This document shows, piece by piece, positions 12,030-24,739 of a stretch of DNA of 64,000 nt. Within the stretch, counting starts at the first letter, position 1, and each line of letters starts with the position of its first letter. Both the position numbers and the translations under genes were made by a program. Source of the stretch: Octopus vulgaris (Eukaryota). The stretch spans positions 33,976,001-34,040,000 of the forward strand of contig OX597825.1 of assembly GCA_951406725.2 (NCBI GenBank), in the 5' to 3' direction. The notes under the pieces are model-generated. The model saw only the letters and a program-made list of their open reading frames with translations. It was not told the origin of the DNA and ran no database searches.

Positions 12030-14590
12030 TCTCTCTCTATATAAAAGGCAGTTTGTATGTCTGTGTGTCTGTCAGGTTGTACCCTCACCCTGACCACGGC
12101 TTTCAACCGATTCTGATGAAACTTGACACACACATAGCCCAATGTCATAATTCAAAACTAACGCAGCAAAAAGTTTGAAAAGTTCCTCCAGTTCTGAAAA
12201 AAATTGATAAATTCGACATGGGGTCGAGAATCTAAGCTTATCATATGCAACACATTTTCCGTTGTAGTTTTCGCAACTTACAATCGATTTTCACCAAACT
12301 TAATGTTACTCTAAGGAACTTAATTCTGACGTTAGTTTTCCATGCAATACCTTACCATCAGAAAAAATCGATAAAATCATGCCATTTCGGGAAATCGCGT
12401 TCAAATTCAAGATGACATATTTTCGACAATATCTTTAACAAATTGGCAGGAATTTTTTTTGAAATTCATAGCGAGCATCATGTCTGCTCCAAGGAGCTAT
12501 ATGGCCCTTTTGATTCCAATTGGATATGTTATTACTGGAAAAAAATCGGTTAATTACATCATATGTGGTACACATAGCAAACCGATTTTTCTGCGATATT
12601 TTTTGAAAGTTCACATAGATTTTCTCTACACCGATGTTGGACATCAAGTTTGCATTAAATGTCAAACTAACGACCTTTTGTCAATGCAGTTAACAAATAT
12701 TGGGAGAAATCGACAAAACCATATCACTTTGAGACCGACCATGCGAACCCTACAAAACTGACTTTTGTTAAATAGTTGGCGGATTTCAGGCGATTTAGTC
12801 GATTTTTGCCGCTTTTATCATAAAGGTTACTAGAAATGGCATATGTTTTCCTTTTGCTTCAAATCCGAGCAATGTTGGGCTGTAGATGCGTTTGCGGTTG
12901 TGTGCGCACGTGCGCGCGTGTCCTTAACACGATGATTGCTGCTCTTCCCATTGGCTCCCTAAACGGTGAACAATGCTCTCAATTATACACCCTTTGGCGA
13001 ATCACATGCACTGACACATTCAGTTGTGCTCGTATAGTTTGTGATTCCCACTTCTTCTCTCGGTTCACACCCACTCGCTTCACACGTTGGCCTACTTCTG
13101 CTAATCGCTGCTGCAGTCGCAAGTTATTCGAATACTTTTTTGATTAAACTTTCTTTATAACTACCACCCCAAACGTTTTACCTTAAATTTTTGACGTACC
13201 CTAAGGGTCCTCGGACGCTACTTGCAAACTCTTGGTTTATTATAAGCCACTTTTGTCATGTGCACCAAAAAGCCTTTTCCATTCGTTTGTTCAGTTTAGT
13301 CACTTTTTGCTTTTTCGTTGTTGTCACTCACATTGCTGCCCGCTTTTATTCCATTTTTGTACTTTTTATACATTTTGGGATACTTACTCCACGTGTTTCT
13401 TTTTATTACACCTTTGCCAAACACATTGCTATCCACCAAAATGCCACTCAAGAAGAGAAGGACCCTCCTCAGCCCTCGGACGGCCAAGGCATCGGCTGCT
13501 AGGACTAGAAGGGCACGCGAGACTCACGAGGAAATCGCCTTGTGCCTCTCGCAAAAAGCTTCCTGTTCTGCCACTGCTCAAGCATCTGAAACTACTAGCG
13601 ACCATTCTACCCGACTTGCAAGGGCTGCAGCGTACAGATCTTCCCTCCGCTCGAGGTTGACGAAAGAGCAACAGTCCAGCCAAAACATGCAGGCTTCCTC
13701 CTGTGCTTCCATCCGCAGAACTTGCGAGAACCCCAAACAAAGGGCCATTCGGAATGTGGCTAACGCCGCTAGCACCGCCAGGACACGATCTGTTGAAACC
13801 CCACAGCAGAAAAGAACTCGCCAAGATGCTGACGCCGCAAACACAGCCACGGCTCGATCTGCCGAAACACCTCAACAGAAGAGAGCTTGCCAAGCTGCTG
13901 ACGTCGCAAACACAGCCATTGCTCGATCTGCCGAAACTCCAGACCAACGAACTATTCGGACATCCAGAGATGCCATTAACACTGCTTCTGCTAGGGCTTC
14001 AGAGGGTGCTGAGGCGAGAGCTGAAAGGCTTTCAAGGGATGCCACTGCTACCGCTGTCGCACGCGCATCTCAATCTGCTCGCCCAAAGGGACAGCTAGGA
14101 ACATCGTATACACAGAAGTATTGGAGTGAAGAGAAGACGTTGCAACCTACACATGCGCCTTCGTTCCCTAGAGGGAAAGGACTAGATCGAGATTAGTCGT
14201 TGCCTACTGGAGGCTCCCGAGCCCCCTTTCGCTAGACTTAAGTTAGGATTAGGTAGGGCTTAGCTGTGGTTCGAACCCAACATGGGTTCGGGGGGGGGGT
14301 GTCAAAAGGGCGGGCATGTGCAACCTTATCACCTCTGGCGGTCAAACTCCCAACCCATGCGTTCCTGTCGCGACACTGATCCCGCTAAAGAAAACCAGAA
14401 AATGCACTTTGACTGTCATAGATTTTCTTCATGCATGCAAGGGAACGGTGCCTTGAATGCCTTAATGCCTTTTAGGCTTCATTTTACAAAATAACGGTTC
14501 AATGAGTACAAAAAAGGGTAAAAAGGTAAAGGGCATTGCTTATCGACAAAGTTTCTTATATACCCGGGCAACGCTGGGCTATGCTGCTAG
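12030..14590 (+). mobile_element. Internally deleted Helitron
   Basis: A|TC 5' end, subterminal hairpin cccgggcaacgctggg, CTAG|T 3' end. Confidence 0.85.
13441..14196 (+). CDS. Helitron RepHel N-terminal region with 23-aa STPR-like repeats
   Basis: MPLKKRR start; ETPQQKRTRQDADAANTATARSA-type 23-aa repeats. Confidence 0.7.
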   Translation: MPLKKRRTLLSPRTAKASAARTRRARETHEEIALCLSQKASCSATAQASETTSDHSTRLARAAAYRSSLRSRLTKEQQSSQNMQASSCASIRRTCENPKQRAIRNVANAASTARTRSVETPQQKRTRQDADAANTATARSAETPQQKRACQAADVANTAIARSAETPDQRTIRTSRDAINTASARASEGAEARAERLSRDATATAVARASQSARPKGQLGTSYTQKYWSEEKTLQPTHAPSFPRGKGLDRD

Positions 14591-15248
14591 TATGAATTAA
14601 AATGGACTGGAATGAAAAGAAAAAACGGAATTAGATGTAAAAATCAAATGATAATGAACTTATTGTATACAGTGCTCAGATTGGAAATGAAATTACAGAG
14701 ATGTAAAATAAAAATGTAAAACCCTTCATTCATCTGTCTCCCTGCAAAAATGATGGACAAGAAATAAAAACGTAACATGAAAAACATCAAAAAATAATGA
14801 AACAAAAAGCAGTTCAGGAAAAACTTTAAAGTCTGATCAATTCATAGAAAAATAAACAAACTCACACTTATAGGGATTATTTTTTATTTATTTTGGAAGA
14901 TAAGATAACGTACTATGCTGCTGCTTTCTGGTATGCCGCAGTGTAATCTGGATATAATTTTTTCCCCTATACTTTTAGTTATATTTTTAGACCAGGGTGG
15001 CCACTGAATTTTGAAAAGAATATAAGTGTACCACAAGTAAAAAAAGGTCTAATTTCTAATTAAAAAGTATTAGTGACACAAAATGTTTGGAAATTCCTCA
15101 CTGGGGAAAATTCTCTAGCGATATATTATGACAAATAAGGCAGTTTTGTTTGGTTAGAAATTACAGCTCAATGTTTATTGTTTTGATTCTGAAGTTAATT
15201 CAATGTGTAGGTGTGAATGAGACAGACACTTTTGCTAGAAACAACAGT

Positions 15249-15341
15249 TCAATTTAACATTGTCACAAATATGAAAACCAGTGTTAAAACTTTAACAATG
15301 AATATTATATTATTCTGCTTGTTCCAGTCGGATTTTTCTGT
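15249..15341 (-). CDS. Candidate hydrophobic terminal exon of cassette 1
   Basis: TEKSDWNKQNNIIFIVKVLTLVFIFVTMLN*; same stop position as the copy at 28840, with an in-frame 3-nt indel in the hydrophobic part. Confidence 0.35.
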   Translation of the reverse strand, partial: TEKSDWNKQNNIIFIVKVLTLVFIFVTMLN

Positions 15342-15797
15342 CTGTCACACTTTGGTCATCAAGGGAGATTATAACACAAATATAGAAGTATACATAACAA
15401 AAGAGAAGAAAGGGAGAAGGGGAAAATAAAAAACAGGAATAGTAGCATCAGTGAAAGAATAAAAAAGAAAAATATGATATGAAGAAGATTGAGTTAAACG
15501 AGTCCTATCTTAAGTATATTGATGAATCTGTGTCTATCTGGGTAGCAAGCAGGATGGTAGAATATGAGAGATGATTGGTGTTGCATAAATGTCCAGATTT
15601 TAAGTTGGTAGAACTAATTTACAGAAAAAGTTTTGTGAGTAAATGTTTTAAACTAGCAAAAGTTCAATTTGGATAAACCAAATGTAGTGTGATTCAAGAC
15701 AGTGTATTATTATATAAATCTGGTTATAAAGACCAATCCATCAATGTAAAAATTAAATCAAAGAAAATTTCATTTGGGAAATACATTTGAAAAGGAT

Positions 15798-15835
15798 TTA
15801 AGAATAGTGTATACAACTTGTTATGAGGACTGCAA
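15798..15835 (-). CDS. Candidate short terminal exon of cassette 1 ((V)AVLITSCIHYS*)
   Basis: Same acceptor as the 30103 copy; usage uncertain. Confidence 0.3.
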
Positions 15836-16471
15836 CTAAAATAAAGCAAAAGTAGGTGTAACTTTTTTAGTAACTGACATAGGTCATTTAAATTGTATAT
15901 GTTGGTACTATAACACTTCCATAGTAATGCTTTTTTCTCGTATTATTCCTCTTCATTAAGGCAGCAAACTGGAAGGATTGTTAGCTGGATGGACAAAATA
16001 CTCAGCAGCATTTTGTCCATCTTATGTTCTGAGTTTAAATGCTGCATGAGTTGACTTTGTCTTTTTTGGTTGATGAAATAAGTACCAGCTGTGCAGTGGG
16101 ATCACTGTAATCGACTAGACACCTCCCTTAAAATTTCTGGCATTGTATCTATAGTAGAAAGGATTATTCTTCTTCATTGTAAACAAATAATAGGTTTCAA
16201 GGAGAAATAGGGTATTGCTACTGATTTCTTGAAAAAGTGGAGCTGCAGGCTGAGAAGGCTACAGGTTGTTGACAGCGATGACACAATTCACATAGCGATC
16301 ACTGAAAGAATGAAAAACGAAAAAATATATCAGAAGGTGATTGAGCTAAAAAAGTCCTATCCTATGTATGGACAGATGGATGAATATGGACAATATGAAC
16401 GGATGGATGAAGAAGTTTATAGAAGGGGAAACTAGCATTCCATATACACTTTAAATCAAAGAAATACATAC

Positions 16472-16591
16472 CAAGAACTGATGTTGATGTATTTTCTTCT
16501 GAATCTGTTTGTTCATCTGGTGTAGTAATTGTCATTATGTTAGGGGTACTGTCATATGGAGTATATGAAATAGTTGGTTCCTTAACATTAT
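16472..16591 (-). CDS. Cassette 1 exon D (stalk); acceptor reads AA instead of AG
   Basis: 120-nt open homologue of D2 ([39 protein letters not shown]) with intact GTATGT donor, but acceptor is gtccAA. Confidence 0.5.
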
Positions 16592-16759
16592 TTGGACATT
16601 AAAAAAAAGTTGAGCGTATAAATCTTTCTCCTTTTACTAAATATGTGTGTGTGTGTGGGTGTATATGTGTATTTGGGGGTGAAAATGTGTGCAAGTATAT
16701 ATGTATATGTGTGTGTATATATATATATATTTAAACCAAGAGAGAAGATGGAGATAAGA

Positions 16760-18000
16760 TAACCAACACATCCCCTCCTTCAAATGAGCCCACAACCTAC
16801 GAGACCCCTTGGTCCACAGCTTCTTCCCCAACCCAACCTCCCTCGTTCCCCTGCTCCTGCCCATGCTGCGGCACTTGCCCTTACCTCTCCAACACCACCC
16901 CCTCACCGATACCCATCATCGATCCTATCACATCACCAACTCCTTCACCTGCACTTCTACCAATATCATCTATTGCATCTCCTGCTCTCTCTCTGCCATT
17001 CGCTGTACATCGGACAAACAGGACACCGCTTGGCTGATCAGTTCACGGGACACCTCCAAGACATCCGCCTCAGCAATGACACCCCAGTCTCATGTCATTT
17101 CCTCTCTACCAGTCACTCTTTGCAACACTTGTCCGTGATTGGATTGTCCTTGCACAGAGGCCATCTGGACTCCCGTTTGCACCGTGAACAGGGATTAATC
17201 TTTTCTCTTTGTTCCTTTGTGCCACATGGGCTCAACTCTCCTCCCCTCTTCATCTAACCTCATCCCCTTGCCTCTTTCCCCCTCCCTCCAACTTCCTCCC
17301 ACCCACCTCTCCTCTCTTGCTCCGACTCCTACTTCTCTTCTCTCCTACTTCTCTTCACCCCTACTCTCTTTCTCTCTTACCCACCTTCCCCTTCCCCTTC
17401 ATCGTCAACACTCCCCATAAGCCCACCTCACCCCTACACATTCCTACCCCACCTTTCTTATCCCTCCCATCCCACCCCATCCCATCTCTTACACCCTCTC
17501 CCAAATACCCCACCCTCAGCCTAGCCCACACCCTACCTGTGCTTTCCCCACTCTCGCCTCCCCCACCTCCTAACACCATCACACCTACACCATACCACAC
17601 AACACATCACATCACAACACACCACCACACACACATCAGCACTGACCAATTTCCATCCCCACATTTTCACACCTACACATACACACACGCACACGTCAAG
17701 ATCACCAGCTCTCTTTCACAGGCACATACATACTCTCTTATACACACGCGCACTTTCGTTTTGGTAGCACTACTACTTTCTTATCTCCCCTACATCCCTT
17801 CTGTCCGGCATTCACCATGATAGATCGGTAGCCACTACACACATTTTTTTCTCTCCTTGTTTCTTTCTGTGTTCCTTTCTGTGGAAGAGCTTAGGCTCAA
17901 AATGTTAAAGACTTTTTCAATTCCTGAGCGTTATACTAATACATTTGTTTGTTTTCTACACCACCTGTCTTCGTCTTTTGCTTTTTTCATGAATTCTCCC
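16760..18000 (+). mobile_element. Penelope-like element 3' part (GIY-YIG)
   Basis: FTCTSTNIIYCISC...LYIGQTGHRLADQFTGH; long pyrimidine tract; terminus before (TA)n. Confidence 0.85.
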
Positions 18001-18024
18001 TATATATATATATATATATATATT

Positions 18025-18525
18025 TATAGTTGAAAATATGTGGAAAACATATAAAAAGTGGAAGAGAAATGCTTTCGTTTCACATATTTTAATATCTTTT
18101 TATAAAGAAAATCTTTAAAAATATATACATATTTTATGGATGTAGTGATATCCAACAGGTTTTCACTATTTGAATTAGCTTTTCAAGGGACGTAGTTAAG
18201 TAATCAAGTCGTGTGACAAAGGGAGGAAACTAGTGACAAGGGGGACAACTAACTCCTCAGTATAATTTTTGAAGTGGTCAAGCTTGTATATTAAGATGTG
18301 GTCTGTACTTTCGTATGAAAAGGCTTTCCTTGTTTAGGTGTTCTTGTAAGGAGATTATTTCTTGCACATCTGTCAATATGTTCGCTCAGGGCTATCTTCC
18401 TGCATTGAGGAAAACGAATCTGTTCTTTATGCAGTATGACTTTGCATCTCAAGGTAAGACTCATTTGGCCCACATAATTGTGGCGACAACCTGAGCAGGT
18501 TAGGACATAGATAAGGTTCTGGGAA
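18025..18525 (-). mobile_element. Penelope-like GIY-YIG fragment
   Basis: [20 protein letters not shown]...HKEQIR. Confidence 0.8.
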
Positions 18526-18676
18526 GCACACACACACACGCACACACATATATACGTTTTGCAAGATTCTTGATGTGAATTCGTGTGTTGACCCTCCCCA
18601 AATACAACAATATATATATATATATATATATGTATGCATGTATGTATATATATATATATGTGTGTGTGTGTGGGTG

Positions 18677-18781
<105 letters not shown>

Positions 18782-18815
18782 CTCGCTAACTACATAGACA
18801 TATGATATAATTTAC

Positions 18816-18909
18816 CTGTGGGATGTAGTTTACAGCCTTTTTCTTCAGCACCAGGGTTACTGAGTATGCATTTATAATTAGCTGAAGTATTCAAGTTCAT
18901 CAAATTAAT
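18816..18909 (-). CDS. Cassette 1 exon C (PLAT-like)
   Basis: tctttgcAG / GTAAAT, 94 nt; INLMNLNTSANYKCILSNPGAEEKGCKLHPT. Confidence 0.75.
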
Positions 18910-19001
18910 CTGCAAAGAATTGAAATAAAAATGTAAACTATGTTGCATGTAACACACACCCAACACACACACACACATACAAACACACATATGTATGTAT
19001 A

Positions 19002-19053
<52 letters not shown>

Positions 19054-19165
19054 ACAAGAAAAAAGCAACAAGAATGGATTAATTTTTCAGTACAATATAT
19101 ATATATATATATGGTCTTACTCATGCATGGACATTGATGATGATGATGATATATATATATATATA

Positions 19166-20150
19166 CTAGCAGAAATAATCAGCACTGCCCGGGTTAATGG
19201 AAACAATGAAATTTTAAAATGCCTTTTCTATCTCTAATATGAAACATAGACTACACAGGTCTCACCTGTTAGAAGCTGAGATACCAACTTTATACGTTAA
19301 CAACCTGGCATTTCCCACGTTATTGAAAATAATGAAATTTAAGTATTCTTTTAAAACTTTAAGGAAAATGAAACATGGATTATGCAGTTCTCAATAGTGA
19401 TTACCTGAGGTACCAACTGTATATGTCATTAACATGTTTTGTCTGATGTTCTCACTGTTAAGATTGTTAAAAAAGCAGGAAGTTCTTTGTCCTTGCAATC
19501 ACTTTCAATTGTCTTTGCTTATTTAAAACACATTGAACTCGAAAATGCATAATTTTGAAAACAATTGCCCTCCAGGCGCTCTTTTCCTATTGATAAATAC
19601 ATTTCACAAAGTTCTATCAGATGACATGAGTATAAACAAGTGTATTGAAACAAATCAGGAAATCAGTCACCGTTTAATTATGTACAGCTTTTAAATATAC
19701 AATGTTTTGTGAGTGTCCTTTGGTTGGTGTATAAATGAAACATCCTCTATATATTTGCCCATGAGAGAAGCAAAGAAATCAAGGTGAGGTCCAACAACCT
19801 TGAGAGATTGTCCTTGAGATTAGTTTATTGACATGGCGAAACTTAGTTTCACTGGGAACTGGAATCATTTCAATTCAAAGGGGAGGTCATATGGAATTAA
19901 CAGGATCCGTAGAATGAAGACATCCTCACTCTTATATTTCCCAGTCAATTGTTGCCTCTAGGACATGGGGTCACATTGCTTTCACCACTAGCCTGGTGCC
20001 ATTGCATCAGATGAGGTGGATCCAGGTTCCTGTGCAGCATGATTGGGGGAGGGCCTTTTTAAGTGGTGAAGTGGCATTCCATTTGGTTGTAGAGAGTTCA
20101 GGAACTCAGTTGGAAAAAGTACAGCCTGGTCCTGATCGAGAAGATTAATG
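19166..20150 (-). mobile_element. Helitron 3' part with decayed PIF1 helicase C-terminus
   Basis: FPTEFLNSLQPNGMPLHHL, NGTRL, QFPVKLSFAMSIN*SQGQSL; hairpin plus CTAG end at 19166. Confidence 0.85.
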
Positions 20151-20839
20151 GTTGGCGTTTGTGTAAGTGGGTTGTGTAAGTAGAGTGGGAATGGGGGATT
20201 TGGAAGATGCCCAAAAATTTTAACCCGTATTTGGGTGTATATGTGTGTGTTCATTTCTGTATGTTTTGGTTAATCACTTTGATGGTTCTCAGGTTGTGAT
20301 GATACCAGGACCAAAGGTGGGACATAGTTGGGCCCATAGGTATGATAATAATTTCTTTCATGTGGCTGAGGGCAAAGAATCCCATTCCAGCAGTTTAGGT
20401 AGATGTCCAATGCTAATATGAGTCTTTTTCACAGATAAACATAATTTGCATTTTCTGTTTTTATGTTTAATTTTTTATTTCTTTCAGTCATTTTTACTGT
20501 AGTCCTGCTGTGACACTACCTTGAAGGGTTTCGTTGAGAAAACAGGCCCCAGTTCATATCTTAAGTCTGGTGTATATTCTACTGGTCTCTTTTGCTGTTT
20601 CATAGGAATGTAAACAGAAACCAACACAAAGACAGATCCATATATATCGGATGGTGAATAGATGCATCCCCACCACGCGTAGGGATTGTTCTCCTTTTGT
20701 TTTGAAATTATATAGATCAACTAATGAATATGTTTTTTTATTATGATGTAATGTACTCACTCATCAAATTTTTAAAAATGCGTAAGAAACTGCTGTAATG
20801 AACTGACATTTATGAATTTTTTATTTGCTATATAAGTGA

Positions 20840-20894
<55 letters not shown>

Positions 20895-20895
<1 letters not shown>

Positions 20896-21190
20896 CATGA
20901 CTGTAAAGCAGTAAGCTTGCTTTGCACCTGCATGGTTCGTGGCTCAATCCTACTGCATAAAACCTTGGGCAAGTTCCTTCTACTATAACCTCAGGCTAAT
21001 CAAACCTTGTGATAGATAGAAACTGAAAGAAACCCATCGTATATATGCATATGTGTGTGTGTGTGTGTGTATGCGTTCATGTGTGGTGTGCATGTGTGTG
21101 TGTGTCCCAGCACTGCTTGACAAATGTTGGTGTGTTTACATTCCCTATATCATAGTGGTTTGACAAAAAAGAAACCGATATAATAAGTAT
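20895..21190 (+). mobile_element. tRNA-derived SINE
   Basis: Same family as 8690-9000, 31113-31400, 39380-39540 and 43100-43430. Confidence 0.7.
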
Positions 21191-21739
21191 CTGTATCTAA
21201 TAAGTGTGTTTATATATGTATGCTTATGTATATATAGTCATCTTCCCCACACATTCCATCTCATAAGATTACTCACAAGGCATTGATTGTCTCAGGGTTA
21301 TAGCAGAAGTCACTTGCTCAAGATGCTGCACATTCAGATTGAAACTGAAGCTACCCAGCCATACCTGCACCTATAGCTACACTGATGTGTGCTTTGTCTG
21401 TGTCTATGCATGTGTGTGTGTGTGTGTGTGTTTGTGTGTGTGTGTTGGGGGTTTCCTTTGAGTTTTAATTAAGTTCTTCTTTAGAGGGTTCAAGTTGTTT
21501 GCCAACAAAGTGACAAGGCTTTTTGAGTTAAGACAGCCCCAGTGTTTGTAAATATGTGGTTGAATTAGTGTGTTGGTTGAACTGTAGCTACATACACCCA
21601 AGTGTGTGCATCTATTCACATGAATTTTTGAAATGTCTTACAAATCTTCTCTGGGCCACTAATGGGTTGAATTTGGAGAATCCACCTTCTTTCTGTGAAA
21701 CCTAGTTTTTCTAGGTTTTTATGCAAAACTGTTAGTTCA

Positions 21740-23230
21740 TGACCTATTGCACCTGTGAAGATAGGTACAAATGTGAATTCACAGTCAAGGTACAAGAGTT
21801 ATAAGCTTCACATTAATTGGCTATTAATGTTCTCTTTTTCCTGGACATTTGATTGTACATTTACATCCACTGGGCAGCTGACATCTACAACAGTAAATGA
21901 CTTTTGTTCCCTGTCCCACCTAACAATATCAGGTCTGTTATGTTTGCACTGAAATTATGCTTTTATTGAAGTGTTCCACGAGTATTTCTTGCTCTTGAAA
22001 GTGTGAATACCTTCTGGTTCTAACATGCCTTTAATATATACATCAGAGCAGTCTTTCTTGCAGATAGCATTGTAAATAGCCTTTGTAACTATATCATGCC
22101 TCAGGGACAGGTAGTATCTCATAGACATTTTGGAGCAGCTGCTTATGATGTGGCTGATATCCTTCACACTGGAATAACAATACTACCCATTTTTTTAACA
22201 CGTTATGGAGGTTTTGTAGTATCTTTGTCTCTCTTGTTTAGCAGGTATTTAATAGATATCTCATCTTTCTGAATAGCGAAGGTATATCCTTCTAGGTGGA
22301 ATGTAATGTATCTATCGTGGGCCTAGGAGGGACTGCTCTTCCTGTCAATACAGTTGTTGCTCTCTAGCTTATGGGATATGTAGCCCATGCATTGCTTTTT
22401 GCTGGTATTATGATGCCTGCTTCTCCTTCAAGCTTCTGCTTAAGATGGCCAGTCCAGTCTCCATTGGGTTGCATAAGATAGCTGTATGCTCAGAGTACCT
22501 ACACAGTAGTTCTCCAACTCTGACGATGTTGTTGCTCTCCCTTTTGAGTATGCATAGAATGTACTCATCTCTTTCTTTACTGTTCAGCAGGTGTTGTCTG
22601 AATGAAACAATGCAAATTCCAAAGGTTGTTTGGACTAACCCTATGCCTCTACCATCATCATTTCACCTCACATATATCCTATTGGTGTTGTTGTTAATGT
22701 GGAAGTTGCCAGTGGTGGTCAGTACCTTTCTGGTTTTGATGTCCAAACTGCATATCTCATCAAATGTCCAATCCAATATCCCAAATGTTGGTATTAGCAA
22801 TGGTGCTGCAAAAGCATTGTGAGATATGGTCTTGTTAAATACAGACAGCCCTGACTTCCATATTTTCCAGAGTCTACAGAAGTACTTTGTTGTTTTCTTG
22901 GCTTTAGTCACAACACCAACATATGCAACATTCTCATCGATTCCGAGGTACTTGTAGCTTTCATCAATAGAAATTGTGGAGATGACAAGCTGTTGACATT
23001 CATGTTCTCTGTCTGATCAACAATCTTTCCTTGATTGACTATCATGTATAAGCATTTATCTAGCTTAAACTCCATTCCTATATCTCATGTAGCCTTGGTA
23101 TTCGGTTAACAGGGCCAACAAGGGATACACTGCCAATGCAAACAGTATTACAGATAAATAAAGACTATTGCCCTGGAATATGTCTGTTGATAGTTCTAAC
23201 TCTGTTTGTAACAACAGGTGTTGCTTTAGC
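21740..23230 (-). mobile_element. R4/Dong-like (RLE) non-LTR retrotransposon 3' part
   Basis: YKYLGIDEN, KIWKSGLS.FNK, DIKTRKVLT, HIISSC..RHD knuckle region, PDIV...VDVSCP RLE motif. Confidence 0.8.
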
Positions 23231-23747
23231 AGCTGTCATTGATGACTGTGTGGACTATGTTGTGGTCAGTCTTTCAATTGCATTCACTGTTGCAGCTGGT
23301 ACCAGAGTAAGGTGTAGTGACATATGTATACGTATGTATGTATGCATGTATGTATGTATGTATGTATGTATGTATGTATGTATGTATGTATGTATGTATG
23401 TATGTATGTATCTAAGCGTGTATGTATGTATGTATGTATGTATGTATGTATGTATGTATGTATGTATGTATGTATGCATATGTCTGTATGTGTATGTAAG
23501 TCTATTACTGTGTAAGAGAGAAAGAAAGAACGGGAGGGAGAGATGATTGTTTTCCGCATTAAAAGGTGATATCTTTATATCCTTATATTTATGTACCTGT
23601 TTCATTACCTCGATTGAAAGTAGTGTGAGAAAATAGTCAAAGAGCTGGATACTAATATGTTATTACCTGAATTGAAAACAGGAACTTTTAAGTAACATGA
23701 TAATTGTACAAAACCACACACATGCATACATACATATCATGCACACA

Positions 23748-23813
<66 letters not shown>

Positions 23814-23844
23814 TTAAAAATGAGAATTCTATCCAAATACTTAC

Positions 23845-24101
23845 ACTTTCCAATCTCCAACCAGATACAAATCCTTTAAAGAAATTTTTCACCCTTTCAT
23901 TTAATTTTAAATCTGTTACTGGATCAATTTGAGAAGTGCAAAAATCAAAGCTTGGTTGAGATCCCCTTTCACATTTATTTGCACAAGATAATGTGTTTGA
24001 GAAAACACTTGTTTCATCATTGATTAATTGAACAGTGAAATAATTTGAGGTTCCAGACAAAAGTTTCCTTGAAATATAAAATGTGATTCTCCAGCAGTAA
24101 T
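23845..24101 (-). CDS. Cassette 1 exon B (PLAT-like)
   Basis: tttcatttcAG / GTAAGT, 257 nt, open; (D)[20 protein letters not shown]...[11 protein letters not shown]...GWRLES. Confidence 0.75.
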
Positions 24102-24479
24102 CTGAAATGAAACACCATAAGATAATGTTTATTACATAGATTGACTGTTTGTAATAATACTGTTTGTATACATTTTATCTTTCACTTCTTTCAGTCATTG
24201 AACTGCAGCCATGCTGGGGCACCACCTCGAAGGACTTTAGTCAAATGAATCAGCTGAAGTACTTACTGTTTGAAGCCTGGTACTTAATATATCAATCTCT
24301 TTTGCCAAACCACTATGTAGTGTTGGGACAAACACAAAGACACACACACACATGCCTTTTTTGTATTTTCACTCAGTATCAACTTATCAAAAACAGATCT
24401 GACGTTTCTAGCAAACATCAATTGTCCAACTAACATTCCTGACAGTGTATTCAGGTTAGGTGTTACTCGGTACACTCTT

Positions 24480-24735
24480 AGACATTGTTGGGGTGCAAAA
24501 TCGTCATCATTTCATTGTATGCCTTTTTCAACGCCCTCTTGAAAGTGTCAACAAAATACTCCACTTGTCCATTTGATCTGAGACGATATGTGGAGTGGTC
24601 ACAGGTTCGATGACGAATGTTTTACGAAATTTTCTGAACTCATCCTACGTACATTGAGTTCCATTATCCGACACAATGGTATCCAGAATACCATACTCAG
24701 CAAACAATTCGTGTAAAAAGCTTATTGTAACCGCA
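24480..24735 (-). mobile_element. Gypsy integrase fragment
   Basis: LHELFAEYGILDTIVSDNGTQ...SNGQVEYFVDTFKRAL. Confidence 0.8.
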
Positions 24736-24739
24736 GATA

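Noticed and set aside
17870-17910. Hammerhead at the 16760-18000 Penelope terminus (also ~18150-18200)
   Set aside because: Core nucleotides are degenerate (no intact CUGANGA/GAAA), so not called.
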